This document shows positions 28,442 through 39,392 of a stretch of 53,894 bases of DNA, in pieces. The DNA comes from Candidatus Aenigmatarchaeota archaeon (lineage in GTDB: Archaea > EX4484-52). The translations under genes and the position numbers were made by a program. Within the stretch, counting starts at the first letter, position 1. Each line of letters begins with the position of its first letter. The stretch lies in assembly GCA_023137195.1 (NCBI GenBank), contig JAGLPV010000027.1, positions 1 through 53,894 on the forward strand. The letters run 5' to 3'. The notes beneath the pieces were generated by a model that saw only the letters and a list, made by a program, of their open reading frames with translations, ran no database searches and was not told the origin of the DNA.

Positions 28442-29496
28442 AATGAATTTTTTCTTTTATTGATTTTTTCTTCAACTTCATCAAAGTTGGTTTCAACACG
28501 TTCTTTTGTTTGTTCCCTCCTTTCATTGACATAACCGTCTAAAATTTCTTCAATTCTTTTTATCAACTGTTTGACTTTTTGTTCGCGTATCATAATCTGG
28601 TTTTTGCCGTCAACATATGTTTTCTGGTTTATGATGCCGTCATTATACAGCCGTTCGAGAGTTTCCATTGCCTTCTGTGTTTTCCCCTTTAATTCTCCTT
28701 TCAACAATGCCTGCGTAATATCATCTTCTATGTTTTTTTTGCATTCCTTTATTTTTTTCATCTCTATTTCATAGTCGATTTTTTTGTCCAGTTCCTTTAT
28801 CTTAGCGACAACGCTTTGCACAAGGAAATCATATTCTTCTCTTTCAATAATACCCGTTATGTATAATTTTTTCAATGAGGGAAGCTGTTTTTCCAAATCA
28901 TCTTCTTTTTCAACCAGACCAAGGATTATATCATTCATGCTAATGATTTGTTTTCTGTTAAATTCATTCTGGTCTTTATTTTTTACTATATTTTCTTCAA
29001 CAACAGGAGTTTGTGTTTGTTCTTTTTTCGGAATAGGTTTTGGAGTTTCAGTCTTGGTTTCCTTAATTTTTTCCGGCGTCTCAATAGGAGTGGTCTTTGC
29101 ATCTGATTCAGCTTCTTTTGGTGCAGGCTTTTTTACGATATCCTCAGACAAATCTACAGTAGGCGTTGCAGGCGGTTCATCTGCTTTTATTTCAGAATTT
29201 GTATTTTTGTCTTCCTGACTTTCTTTCTTCTCTTCAGGAACATTCTGAGGCGGCGTAGTATCTTCGTTATTTTCTTTAACTTCTTCTTTAGAATCAGTAT
29301 TTTGGGCAGGCTTGCTTTCAACAGGAGCAGGTGCAGGAATTTCCGTTTTTTCAACATTACTTACTTTTTCCTGTTTTTTCTCCCCGCCATCAACAGAAGG
29401 ATTTTTGCTTTGATATTCCTTTATTTTTTCATCTCCAAATTCCACAGAAAAAGGATTACAATCTATTGAAGAAACATCAAAATCGACTTCGTGCAT
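28408..29496 (-). CDS. Hypothetical protein: disordered Pro/Glu/Lys-rich N-half, coiled coil with two SHOCT-like motifs
   Basis: LKKLYITGIIEREEY and LERLYNDGIINQKTY. Confidence 0.75.
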   Translation of the reverse strand: MHEVDFDVSSIDCNPFSVEFGDEKIKEYQSKNPSVDGGEKKQEKVSNVEKTEIPAPAPVESKPAQNTDSKEEVKENNEDTTPPQNVPEEKKESQEDKNTNSEIKADEPPATPTVDLSEDIVKKPAPKEAESDAKTTPIETPEKIKETKTETPKPIPKKEQTQTPVVEENIVKNKDQNEFNRKQIISMNDIILGLVEKEDDLEKQLPSLKKLYITGIIEREEYDFLVQSVVAKIKELDKKIDYEIEMKKIKECKKNIEDDITQALLKGELKGKTQKAMETLERLYNDGIINQKTYVDGKNQIMIREQKVKQLIKRIEEILDGYVNERREQTKERVETNFDEVEEKINKRKNSLWTTLKKSLKK

Positions 29497-29546
29497 ATAT
29501 GTATATTAAACAAATAACTATTTAATGTTTATTCAAATTACCAGAT

Positions 29547-30788
29547 ATGACCAAAGATTTTGATTTAAACGAACTCCCGTGCTGTAATATCGGTGTAGTG
29601 GGGCATGTTGACCACGGGAAAACAACCCTTACCAGTGTGCTTACAGGAAAATTTACAGACGAGCACAGCGAGGAATTAAAAAGAGGAATATCCATACGCC
29701 TCGGATACGCAGACATGCAGATAAGAAAATGCGAAAAATGTAAAGCACCTGCATGCTGGGGAACAACTCCGGTCTGTATCAACTGCTTTGGAAAGACAGA
29801 ACTTCTAAAAACAATTTCTTTTATCGATGCTCCCGGTCACGAAACATTAATGGCAACAGTTCTATGCGGTGCATCCCTGATGGACTCCGCAATGCTGGTA
29901 ATTGCCGCAAATGAAAAATGCCCCCAGCCGCAGACAAAAGAGCACATAAATGCCCTGGAATTATCAGGAATAAAAAACATCATTGTCGTCCAGAACAAGA
30001 TTGACTTAGTAGATCAGAAGGAAGCGCTAAAAAATTACAGGGAGATAAAGGAATTTTTATCCGGGACTATTTACAAGGACGCCCCAGTCATCCCAATATC
30101 AGCACAGCATAAAATAAATATAGACGTGCTTGTTGAAAAAATCTATGAAATCTTTGTAAAAGACAAGCAGGCAAAGGACAAAAACAGCAAAGAAGACCCT
30201 GTTTTTCTTGTAGCCCGTTCATTTGATGTAAATAAACCGGGCACGAAAATAGGCAATCTTAAAGGCGCAGTAATCGGCGGAAGCATGATTAAAGGAGAAC
30301 TTAAAACAGGAGATGTTGTTCATATATGTCCCGGCGTAGATATTAGAGGAAAATACACCGCTCTGGAGGCAAAAGTCAATAAAATCATCCAGGGCAATCA
30401 TCCATTAAAGAAAGCCCATTGCGGCGGTCTGATTGCGCTTGAAACAACACTGGATCCTTCATTATCCAGGTCTGATTCTCTTGTAGGCAATGTCGTAGGA
30501 TGTGTTGGCAAGATTCCAACAGCGAAAAATACAATAGCAATGGCAGTCACTTACCTGAAAAGAGAAGCTAAAGAAGACACCAACATAAGAAAAGGAGACG
30601 TTGTTATGATGAATGTAGGAACAGCAAGAACAGTAGGGATATGCAATAATGCAGATAACAAAAAAAATATTTATAATTTCTCTTTAAAATTACCTGTCTG
30701 TGTTTTGGACAACCAGAACATCGCACTTTCAAAACAAATAGACCGGAGATGGAAACTGGTTGCCAAAGGAGTTTCCCTGAATCAATAA
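29547..30788 (+). CDS. eif2g: Translation initiation factor 2 gamma subunit
   Basis: GHVDHGKT, HSEELKRGISIRLGY, Zn knuckle, DAPGHE, CPQPQT, NKID, RSFDVNKPG. Confidence 0.97.
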   Translation: MTKDFDLNELPCCNIGVVGHVDHGKTTLTSVLTGKFTDEHSEELKRGISIRLGYADMQIRKCEKCKAPACWGTTPVCINCFGKTELLKTISFIDAPGHETLMATVLCGASLMDSAMLVIAANEKCPQPQTKEHINALELSGIKNIIVVQNKIDLVDQKEALKNYREIKEFLSGTIYKDAPVIPISAQHKINIDVLVEKIYEIFVKDKQAKDKNSKEDPVFLVARSFDVNKPGTKIGNLKGAVIGGSMIKGELKTGDVVHICPGVDIRGKYTALEAKVNKIIQGNHPLKKAHCGGLIALETTLDPSLSRSDSLVGNVVGCVGKIPTAKNTIAMAVTYLKREAKEDTNIRKGDVVMMNVGTARTVGICNNADNKKNIYNFSLKLPVCVLDNQNIALSKQIDRRWKLVAKGVSLNQ

Positions 30789-30789
30789 T

Positions 30790-31206
30790 ATGATTTTAAA
30801 TATTTATACCGACGGCGGATCAAGAAACAACAGCGCCGAAGGAGAATCTGCAATTGGGTTTATCATCTGCAATTCAGAGAATAAAATTCTATATGAAAAA
30901 GGGCAGTATATCGGCAAAGGAACAAACAACAGGGCAGAATATACCGCTTTGATAACTGCGCTTGGTGTTGCAAAGCAGTATAAAGGAGAAACAATCAACT
31001 GCTATTCCGACAGCCAGTTGATGATAAAACAACTTTTAGGAGAATATCGCGTGAAGAATCCAGGCTTGTCTAAATTGTTCGATAAAGTAAAAGAACTTGA
31101 AAGTGATTTTAAATCAGTGAATTATACGCATGTCAGAAGAGAACATAAAATGATTGGTCTGGCTGACGGACTGGTAAATCAGGTACTGGATGAGAAGGGA
31201 AAATAG
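30790..31206 (+). CDS. rnhA: Ribonuclease HI
   Basis: YTDGGSR, TNNRAEY, SDSQL, HVRRE and ADGL; all four acidic residues are present. Confidence 0.93.
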   Translation: MILNIYTDGGSRNNSAEGESAIGFIICNSENKILYEKGQYIGKGTNNRAEYTALITALGVAKQYKGETINCYSDSQLMIKQLLGEYRVKNPGLSKLFDKVKELESDFKSVNYTHVRREHKMIGLADGLVNQVLDEKGK

Positions 31207-31277
31207 AATCAATAGCAACATTATCACTTATTGTTTTTTAAGAGCAGATACGTCCTTTAGAACCAGCACCTATTCAT

Positions 31278-32990
31278 TTAACGTCCCTCATCTTCAACAT
31301 GTTCATGCCCTCTCTTTTTTCTTTTCTTTAAATCCTCAATATGAGCAATCTTTTCTTCCAAAAACATATCAAAGTCCAGCCCATTTTTTTCAATCAGTGT
31401 GGACGTGTGCTGTCCTCTCAAAAAATGAGGCATGATTACATAAGTAGCCCCCTTATCATATAATTCTATCGCTTCATCAAGATCATTGGAAACGACAATC
31501 ATAATCGCTTTTTTATTAGACTCCCTGATTTTGCTGATTAAAAGGAGATTGGTATCAAAATCAGGTATCGTTGATATAATCATCCTGCATTTTGAAAAAT
31601 TTAATTCATTCAATAATTCAGAGTCGCTGGCATCACCATATCTACAATCAACTCCTTCTTTTGCCAAATCAACAATAGTTTCCGGGTCATAGTCCACAAT
31701 CAAAAACCTTTTTCCCATTTTTTTAATAAATTTTAGCAGGTCATAACCAACACGATTATATCCAAAAACAATAATATCATAACTTTCATAATCATGATAT
31801 TTGTGTTCATCTACTTTTCTCCCCTTTCTTTCAAATATAGACAGGTACTTAGATAATGGAGGATATATCTTATTCGCATAAAGCATCATATAAGTAGAAC
31901 CCGCAATAGTTATCAGACCAATACAGGTTACAAAAGACAAAATCTCATTTGTCAGATGTCCTAATTTTACCCCCAGAGCAATAAGAATCAGGGAAAATTC
32001 ACTAATCTGCGCAACAGTCAATCCAGCTAAAAAACTATTCCTCTTCGTATATCCCATTAGACCCATCAGGGTCATTACTATCATTGGATTTCCAATCAAT
32101 ATAAATGCTGAAAGTATTATTATCGGCGCAACATAAGGAATTATGTCTGTAAAGACCATCTGAGAGCCAAGCAATATGAAAAACAAAACAATAAAGAAAT
32201 CCCGGAGCGGTCTCATCTTAGAGCTGATTTCATAACGATACGGTGACATCGACAGGGTAAATCCTGCCAGCAGTGCGCCTATTTCCATTGAAAAATTCAT
32301 ATAATGAAAAATAGACGCCAAGGACAAACACCACCCAATTGAAAACAACAATAAAAATTCCTGTGTCTTTGCAATGCTTTTAGTTATGCCGGGCAAAATA
32401 TAAACACCAAACAGGAACAATACTACCATCAGACCAAATCCTTTTAGTGCCGTCCCAAAAACAAATTTAGTTAAATTCGCCCCTGTCGGGGTTGATGAAA
32501 TAACCATCAGGATAATTATTGCAATCAAATCCTGGACAATTAAAAATCCAATAGATATTCTTCCATACAATGATTTCATATCGCCTTTATCGGACAGGAT
32601 TTTCATAATAATTATAGTACTGCTGAATGTCAAAGCAACAGCAACATACAATGATTCTATCGTAGAAAAACCCAGCAGCCGGCAGATGAAAAACCCAATC
32701 ACTGTAGTAAATATGACCTGACCCACTCCGGTAACTGAAGAGACTTTACCTACTTCTTTTATGACCTTGGGACTCATACCCAACCCGACAATAAAAAGAA
32801 GCAACGCTACGCCTATGTGTGAAAGTATAGACATAGTCTCTGTTGAACTGATAATATCCAAAAGGCGGGGTCCTGCCAGTATGCCTGCAAAGATATATCC
32901 GATTATTAAAGGCTGTTTCAATGCCCTCATCAGTCCTGCAATCAGGACAGTTATGGCGATAAGTATGCTTAGTTCTATAAATAATTCCAT
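31278..32990 (-). CDS. CPA2 cation:proton antiporter (Kef-type) with TrkA-N/RCK domain
   Basis: About 13 TM segments; FSST, LIVQD, AQISEFS; C-terminal VFGYNRVG and YGDA. Confidence 0.93.
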   Translation of the reverse strand: MELFIELSILIAITVLIAGLMRALKQPLIIGYIFAGILAGPRLLDIISSTETMSILSHIGVALLLFIVGLGMSPKVIKEVGKVSSVTGVGQVIFTTVIGFFICRLLGFSTIESLYVAVALTFSSTIIIMKILSDKGDMKSLYGRISIGFLIVQDLIAIIILMVISSTPTGANLTKFVFGTALKGFGLMVVLFLFGVYILPGITKSIAKTQEFLLLFSIGWCLSLASIFHYMNFSMEIGALLAGFTLSMSPYRYEISSKMRPLRDFFIVLFFILLGSQMVFTDIIPYVAPIIILSAFILIGNPMIVMTLMGLMGYTKRNSFLAGLTVAQISEFSLILIALGVKLGHLTNEILSFVTCIGLITIAGSTYMMLYANKIYPPLSKYLSIFERKGRKVDEHKYHDYESYDIIVFGYNRVGYDLLKFIKKMGKRFLIVDYDPETIVDLAKEGVDCRYGDASDSELLNELNFSKCRMIISTIPDFDTNLLLISKIRESNKKAIMIVVSNDLDEAIELYDKGATYVIMPHFLRGQHTSTLIEKNGLDFDMFLEEKIAHIEDLKKRKKRGHEHVEDEGR

Positions 32991-33120
32991 TCTTTCCCAG
33001 TATATTTTGTTAGTGTTATTACTAATAAATATATTAGTGAATTATATGAATGTTTGGTTGGATTGGTAAAAGATGTACTGGAAGATAAGGGCGAAGTAAA
33101 GCTTCAAAACACAACACAAG

Positions 33121-33747
33121 TTAATTAACTTTATTTTTTTCAATAAGTTGTTGAATAAATTCTACTAATTTAAAAACCTGAGTTGAGGGATTGCTCTCCC
33201 TACCGATTAAAGGAGTTTTTTCTTTTTCATGCTTCTCGTTTAATTTTCTTGCATTTTTGATTGCAGTAGATAACTTTTTTTCTAAAAGAGGATTAATATT
33301 TTTATTTTTTTCATAGTCTTTTATGAACTTCTTTAATTCAACCATGGTATCTTTCCGTGATATTGGAGACAAAATTTGCTTATAATGCAAAAGAAACCAG
33401 AGTTCAAAACAAGGATTGGATAAGGCAATTTGGATATTCTTTGTTTTTGCGTGTTCGTATTCATCTTTTAGAACATTATTCTTATTTTCATCAACATCAA
33501 AAGCGCACCATACTCCATCTCCTTCATCTAAATCAATACTCCAATTATGCATTTCTTCTTTTGCAAAATCAACAATATTTTTTGGATCTGTACATTTACC
33601 ATGAAGAGGAATAATTTCTACTCCGCTCCATCTCGTTTTAAATCCATTGAAGTATATTATTTCTGTTTTTTTGCCCTCGCAAACTATTATTACTTTTCGT
33701 TTAGGTTTGCGAATTTCCTCTTTTCTAGAACGATATCCCTTACCCAT
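33121..33747 (-). CDS. rloB: RloB-family protein (TOPRIM-like)
   Basis: IVCEGKKTE..YF, WCAFDVD, SNPCFELWFLLHY, NPSTQV. Confidence 0.92.
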   Translation of the reverse strand: MGKGYRSRKEEIRKPKRKVIIVCEGKKTEIIYFNGFKTRWSGVEIIPLHGKCTDPKNIVDFAKEEMHNWSIDLDEGDGVWCAFDVDENKNNVLKDEYEHAKTKNIQIALSNPCFELWFLLHYKQILSPISRKDTMVELKKFIKDYEKNKNINPLLEKKLSTAIKNARKLNEKHEKEKTPLIGRESNPSTQVFKLVEFIQQLIEKNKVN

Positions 33748-33748
33748 A

Positions 33749-34984
33749 TTAAAATATTTTATTTTCTTTTATGAAAGGCAATGCACCATACTTGCCAGCA
33801 AGATACCCTCTTTCAACATCTTTATCTTTTCGGGGACTATACTCCACCAGAGAATAAAGGTCAGTAACTCCGATTTTATCGTCTTTTTCAGTAAACCAAA
33901 TTTGATCTCTTCTAAAAATATCTCGATCTAGTAGATTGGTATTATGCGTAGTAAATATTAACTGAGCATTGTTTTTGTTTTGTGTCGGGTCATGAAATAG
34001 CTTAATTAAAAACACATTTAGCAGATGATGCAGTTTAACATCCAACTCATCAACAATCAAAATACGCCCGTTTTTCAAAGCGTCAATCCATGGTCCTATC
34101 AAAGAGAAAATCTTTTTAGTACCTTCTGATTCTTCCTCGTCAAAATCAAAGCTAACGCCCTTATGGATGGTATTTATTTTAGATTGTTTTATTTCTTTCT
34201 CATTATTCATTACTAATTTCTTGAGTTCCTGAGGCATATCTTTTGGCAAATCCGCCATAGTTAGTTTCTCAATAGTTCTGGAAATATCATCAATTCCTAC
34301 ATCTGCCACTGCCAATGCGTTTAAGATTAATTTTTTTGTAGAATCATCCTTCAACATACCCGCAGTATAATTTTTTAGAGTATGATAATCGGTAGATATG
34401 ATGACACGCAAATCCTCTTTAAACCAATCAAAAATTTTTGAGAGGGGTTCATAATTATCTAGTGTTGCTTTTGAAAGATATAATTGGTTTGGTCGAGTTC
34501 TCAATGAAAGGACATCTTGTTCTTTTTTATTTTTCATAAATTTGTAATCATTAGTATTTTTTCTTTCAAAGATAGTCTTCTTATATGGATAAGAGTACAA
34601 ATATTCACTTATGATTTTCTCCTTGTTAAAAGAGAGACCATAAACATATTTAACGCCTTTTTTGATAAAAGTAATGCTCATTTTGATGGGTTTTGTGAGA
34701 CATTTTTTGTCTAATTTAAAAGGAGTAAATTCTAGTGAATCGCCTTTTTGGAAATTATGAGATGTTGTAACAAGTCCTTTTAACAATGTAAGTGCTAAAA
34801 GAACATTGGTTTTTCCAGATGCATTCGCTCCATAAATTGCCGCACTTTTCAATAAAGAATCTTCTTTCAACACATCTATTTTAATTAAATTATCCTCTAA
34901 AGATGCATCCTTTGTGGATACCATACTTAGAGTTACTTCTTCCTTGATTGAACGGAAGTTTTCAACATTGAATTCAATTAACAT
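33749..34984 (-). CDS. rloA: RloA/AbiL-type AAA_21 ATPase
   Basis: MLIEFNVENFRSI, YGANASGKTN, ESEGT, VDELD..LH, QLIFTTH, RRDQIWF, YL.GKYGA.P. ATG 34984 is preceded by an SD-like GAGGTG. Confidence 0.92.
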   Translation of the reverse strand: MLIEFNVENFRSIKEEVTLSMVSTKDASLEDNLIKIDVLKEDSLLKSAAIYGANASGKTNVLLALTLLKGLVTTSHNFQKGDSLEFTPFKLDKKCLTKPIKMSITFIKKGVKYVYGLSFNKEKIISEYLYSYPYKKTIFERKNTNDYKFMKNKKEQDVLSLRTRPNQLYLSKATLDNYEPLSKIFDWFKEDLRVIISTDYHTLKNYTAGMLKDDSTKKLILNALAVADVGIDDISRTIEKLTMADLPKDMPQELKKLVMNNEKEIKQSKINTIHKGVSFDFDEEESEGTKKIFSLIGPWIDALKNGRILIVDELDVKLHHLLNVFLIKLFHDPTQNKNNAQLIFTTHNTNLLDRDIFRRDQIWFTEKDDKIGVTDLYSLVEYSPRKDKDVERGYLAGKYGALPFIKENKIF

Positions 34985-35020
34985 TTTATACACCTCTTTA
35001 TTCGATACGAAACACTGATT

Positions 35021-35138
35021 TTTGTGATTTTCTCGCAAATATATACTATAATTGTATGTAATTTATATAAATCTTTTGAATTTTATCTTATTGATATTAT
35101 TATATGTTTTATATTGTTTTCTGTGATAAAATCACAAA
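35021..35138. promoter_or_regulatory. Two 7-5-7 palindromes upstream of rloA (putative operators)
   Basis: TTTGTGA-ttttc-TCGCAAA (35021-35039) and TCTGTGA-taaaa-TCACAAA (35120-35138), both followed by TATAT. Confidence 0.6.
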
Positions 35139-35270
35139 TATATGTAAAAAGGAGTGATTTTATTCATAATTATTTTTTCTAAAAAAAGACCTGATTTATT
35201 GTCATTCTTGATGTAATGATTCGATATTTAGGCAGAGAACAGCATATTAGAAATATTACAAATCCAGAGA

Positions 35271-36254
35271 TTACACTTCAATAATCTTCCCATACCGTCC
35301 ATCTTTATTCTTCAGCAAACAAATCCGTGAATTAGCCGCATCATCACAATAATCAAAATCAACACACTCACACAACCTCTTACTAATCTCCTGAACCTGC
35401 CCAAAATCACATTGATTCTCTTTCCCTAGTTGCTTTTGAGACTCCCCGATATGCATATATGATTTAACTTCAATAAAATCAGGATTCGCCCTTTTTACTA
35501 ATTTGGCATAATCCTCAAAATATTCTTCCCCAGTATTCAATCCATTAATCATAGTCATCCTCAAGACAGTCCTGCATTTCACTCCATTCATAACATCCAG
35601 ACTCTTGCAGAACAGCGACCACGCACCCTTTTGCTTAGGTCTTGAAATCTCAATATATTTCTCCTCATTCGGAGCAGAAACAGAAATATACAACTGAGTA
35701 GGAAGACACTTTTTTACAGCCAATTTCTCCAGGGTCTCAGGCACCTGTCCGTTAGTAACCAAAAACACAGTCCGTGCCTTTTTCTCTTTTTTTAGATAGT
35801 CAATAAGCCCGCACAATTTAGGATAAAGCGTAGGCTCACCGGAAAGAGATATCGCAAAATGATTAGGAACATAAGCATCCTTTAACTTTTCCTTATCAAC
35901 TTTATCATTCCCGCCAAATCCCATCATAAGTTTCTTTCGCTCAACAATCAGATTCTCAACTATATTTTCAGGACAATCTATTTCCTCCTTTTCATCAAAA
36001 TTATTCAGGTAAGAAGCAGGTCTCCAACAAAACACGCAATTGTTTGTGCACCACAAAGACAGCGGAGTAAACTGCATGCATTTATGACTGTCCACCCCAT
36101 AAAACTTTTCCTTGTAGCAGACGCCTTTTTTTACCAGCGACTTTTTTGTCCACGAGCAAATCTGAACAGCAGAATGCCCAAACAAACCATACTGAGCATG
36201 AATAAGTTTTTTCTTTGCAGTTTCACTAAGTTCCAGAACCATCTTAACAAACAT
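35271..36254 (-). CDS. taw1: 4-demethylwyosine synthase Taw1/TYW1 (radical SAM)
   Basis: HSAVQICSWTK, CYKEKFYG..SH.C.Q, CTNNCVFCWR, HFAISLSGEP, FIEVKSYM. The start could be 36242. Confidence 0.96.
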   Translation of the reverse strand: MFVKMVLELSETAKKKLIHAQYGLFGHSAVQICSWTKKSLVKKGVCYKEKFYGVDSHKCMQFTPLSLWCTNNCVFCWRPASYLNNFDEKEEIDCPENIVENLIVERKKLMMGFGGNDKVDKEKLKDAYVPNHFAISLSGEPTLYPKLCGLIDYLKKEKKARTVFLVTNGQVPETLEKLAVKKCLPTQLYISVSAPNEEKYIEISRPKQKGAWSLFCKSLDVMNGVKCRTVLRMTMINGLNTGEEYFEDYAKLVKRANPDFIEVKSYMHIGESQKQLGKENQCDFGQVQEISKRLCECVDFDYCDDAANSRICLLKNKDGRYGKIIEV

Positions 36255-37671
36255 TTAAACTTTTACTTTTTTCAACGTATTTTTTATTTTTTATATGAGC
36301 TATAACTTCTGTCGGAGGTATTGTTATTCCTTCAAATGTTTTCAGCATCGGCTTGACGCTGTAGACCATAACTCTTTCTTCTCCTCTTACAAATGGCTTA
36401 AATACCCATTTTAATTTTGTGCCTTTTTTTGTTCTCTTTATTTCATCAGGGGAAAGCGCATCAAAATTTCCCTCAACTTTAAGAGATGCAGGAACAAATT
36501 CATTAATTTCGCACCAGTCCAGTGCTTTACCAACATTATTTTTCAGTTCAATAGTTATGCTGGTTTTTTCTTTCGAGACTTTCAGCACCTTTTTCTTCAA
36601 AGAAAGCTGGTGTGAAAAAATATAGAATACATAGATTATGAAAAAGAACACGCTAAATATTTTTATGTAATACATAGACTTCAAGTCAATATCATAGGAT
36701 ATATTGCATGCTTGATTTGGCTCAATATCATTGCAGTTCCATGTTGCTGTTTTCTTGTTTGCACTTCTGTTTGTTGTTATCTCATCAGGAACTCTCGAAA
36801 AGGCATAAAAGGAAACAGGATATAAAATATCAAGGGAAAATGAAGTGCTCCCGTCTTCATTCCCGTTATTTTCTGCCAGGAATTCTCCATGAATCAGGTA
36901 ATCATCTTTTTTTTCAAAATAACTTGTATTGATTTTGCTTTTCTTCACAATCACCCCCTCTACTTGCTTGCTGTCTACAAGACTGTTTTTAGCTCCGCTC
37001 ATGTATGTTTTATATACGTCGGCAGTGATTGTAAATTTATTAATTTCCTCAACTTCATCAAATTCAAATGTTTTTTCAAAGACTTTTGTTTCTCCTTTTT
37101 TTATCAAAGGTATTTCTTCTTCCAATATTATATTTTTTTCTTTTAATTTAATCACGAGAAGGGCATTTTTGAAATCAACAGTTCCTTTGCTTTCCACGCT
37201 CACAACAATCTTTGTATCTTCCCCCTGCGTCAGTCGCGTTTTATTCATATCAAGTTTCAGTTTAAGCAGACCTTCCTGTATTACAAAAAAATTGACTTCC
37301 TCGTTGATGTTGTATCTATTGTCCTCTTTTGTATAAGAGAGGTCAAAATCAAAAGTATAAGTTCCTTTTTGCGCATCCTTGTCCGGTGAAATATAGAACA
37401 CAAATGTTTTTGTTTCATTTGGCTCAACAGTGAAATGATAATCCTTGATTGTAGCCCAGTTGGGGTAATTTGTATTGGTTATTGAGATGCTGAATTCCTG
37501 TGTTAGATTAAGGATATTTTTTACAGTAGTGTTAAAATTAATGATATCTCCCGGGTAAACGCTGTATTGACTGGGGGTTATATCAACAGAAAAATCATCT
37601 GCAAAACAAATCAATGGTGATAAAAATACCACTGTCATCATTGCAAAAAGCAGTTTATTTATAGACCACAT
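36244..37671 (-). CDS. Membrane-anchored protein with Ig-like/CARDB-like extracellular domains and a beta-rich C-terminal domain
   Basis: Signal peptide, YPGD..NF...VKN, DAQKGTYTF, one TM near residue 340, then a C-terminal domain with I.E.VP and LKW. Confidence 0.75.
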   Translation of the reverse strand: MWSINKLLFAMMTVVFLSPLICFADDFSVDITPSQYSVYPGDIINFNTTVKNILNLTQEFSISITNTNYPNWATIKDYHFTVEPNETKTFVFYISPDKDAQKGTYTFDFDLSYTKEDNRYNINEEVNFFVIQEGLLKLKLDMNKTRLTQGEDTKIVVSVESKGTVDFKNALLVIKLKEKNIILEEEIPLIKKGETKVFEKTFEFDEVEEINKFTITADVYKTYMSGAKNSLVDSKQVEGVIVKKSKINTSYFEKKDDYLIHGEFLAENNGNEDGSTSFSLDILYPVSFYAFSRVPDEITTNRSANKKTATWNCNDIEPNQACNISYDIDLKSMYYIKIFSVFFFIIYVFYIFSHQLSLKKKVLKVSKEKTSITIELKNNVGKALDWCEINEFVPASLKVEGNFDALSPDEIKRTKKGTKLKWVFKPFVRGEERVMVYSVKPMLKTFEGITIPPTEVIAHIKNKKYVEKSKSLNVC

Positions 37672-37760
37672 AATTCCCCCTTATAAAATTATATGATTTA
37701 ATGTTTATAAAAGTTTCTATGGATGGCACCAACAGCTTTCTACCAATCATCCACCAGCAA

Positions 37761-39188
37761 CTACATTTTAGCAAGTTTCTCCTTTATCTCCTGCGGCTTT
37801 GCAGCCCCTTTGGTCTCTTTCATTACCATCCCGACCAAGTAATTCAATGCTTTTTCTTTCCCGCTTTTATACTCCTCAAATATCTCTTTGTTTTCATCAA
37901 GTATCTTTTTTATAATCTTCTCAATATCTATTTTCGTTGAAGAAAATCCATATTTTTTAATTATTGCATCATAAGAAGAATCTCGTTTATTCAGTGCTTC
38001 TTCAACCATTTTCTGTATTATCTTTTCACAGACAAAATCAGAATGTTTCTTGTTCGTATAATTATAAAGACACTTATACACATCCTCCTTCTTTATATCT
38101 AATGCAGACAGCCGCGTATTATTCCAGTTCAGCGTCTTCAAAAGAGGCCCCACAGTCCATGAAGAAGCTGTTTTGGAATCTATTTTTTTCCCGCAAAGAA
38201 ATTCAAACAAATCCGCCAAATCTTTGTACCTAACAAGTCGCTCAATTGTTTTTTCATTTAATTTAAATTGCTTTTCAAATCTCTTTGCTTTTTCCTCAGG
38301 CAGTTCCGGAATCTCTTTTTTTTGTTCTGATATCTGCTTATCATCTATGCAGATGTACGGCAAATCCGGCTCGAAAATATACCCGTAATCCTCTTCAAGT
38401 TCTTTTGACCTCATTGATTTAGAAATACCAAGCTTGTCCATCCATCCTCGGGTCTCTCTTTTAGGGATTATGTTTTTTGCCATCATATTTTTTTGCCTTA
38501 AAAATTCATATTTGAGTGCTTTCTCAACTTCCCTGACACCCCCGATATTTTTTACTTCAACCCTGTTTCCTCCTTTTAGAGAGATATTGGCATCGCTCTT
38601 CATTATGTTCGTATCCTCTCCACTCATCAATCCCAGGTATTCCAGCAGACCTGTCAAGTTCTGCAGATATATCCGTGCCTCTTTGGATGTTGCAAAATCC
38701 GGCTCAGTAACTATTTCTATCAACGGCGAACCGCTCCGGTTGTAGTCAACAAAAGTACTCTCTTTCTGGTATGTTATTTTTGCAGGATCTTCTTCAATAT
38801 GAATCCTTCGTATCCTGATTTTTTTTGCAATATCATCCATCTTGATTGTCGCTATTCCTTTCTGGCACAATGGTATCTCATACTGCGTAATCTGAAAATT
38901 CTTTGACAAATCCGGGTAAAAATAAGTTTTCCTTGAAAAAAATGAGTTTTTTGATATTTCACAATTAAAGACAAGTGCCATTTTTATCGCAATTTCAACT
39001 GCGCGTTTATTCAACTGCGGTTTTGTTCCGGGGTGTCCGAGGCACACAGGACAGGTCCGCGAATTAGGCTCTTCATCGTCTTTTGAAACATTCGAACAGG
39101 AGCAGAACAGTTTTGAGTTTGTAGGGAGAGTCACATGGGTTTCCAGCCCGATTCTCACTCCTGCCTTAATCATTTTTTCTTCTATCAT
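37761..39188 (-). CDS. gatB: Asp/Glu-tRNA amidotransferase subunit B
   Basis: IGLETH, KLFC, CPVCLGHPG, RKTYFYPDL.KNFQITQY, HIEED, DYNRSG.PLIEIVTEPD, C-terminal YqeY-like domain. Confidence 0.96.
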   Translation of the reverse strand: MIEEKMIKAGVRIGLETHVTLPTNSKLFCSCSNVSKDDEEPNSRTCPVCLGHPGTKPQLNKRAVEIAIKMALVFNCEISKNSFFSRKTYFYPDLSKNFQITQYEIPLCQKGIATIKMDDIAKKIRIRRIHIEEDPAKITYQKESTFVDYNRSGSPLIEIVTEPDFATSKEARIYLQNLTGLLEYLGLMSGEDTNIMKSDANISLKGGNRVEVKNIGGVREVEKALKYEFLRQKNMMAKNIIPKRETRGWMDKLGISKSMRSKELEEDYGYIFEPDLPYICIDDKQISEQKKEIPELPEEKAKRFEKQFKLNEKTIERLVRYKDLADLFEFLCGKKIDSKTASSWTVGPLLKTLNWNNTRLSALDIKKEDVYKCLYNYTNKKHSDFVCEKIIQKMVEEALNKRDSSYDAIIKKYGFSSTKIDIEKIIKKILDENKEIFEEYKSGKEKALNYLVGMVMKETKGAAKPQEIKEKLAKM

Positions 39189-39392
39189 AATAATAGTACT
39201 TTAACGTATAATAAAAAGAAATTATTAAAAACATAAAATCACATAAAATACATCTCAATCTCAATTATAAAAGATATTGCTCTAAAAAGCAAGGAAAGGC
39301 ACATTTCAGGAAATATCAATAAAAAGAATACCGAAATGAATATATAATTATCTTGTTCTATTATTGTAATAGACATCATTCATGTAAAAAAT

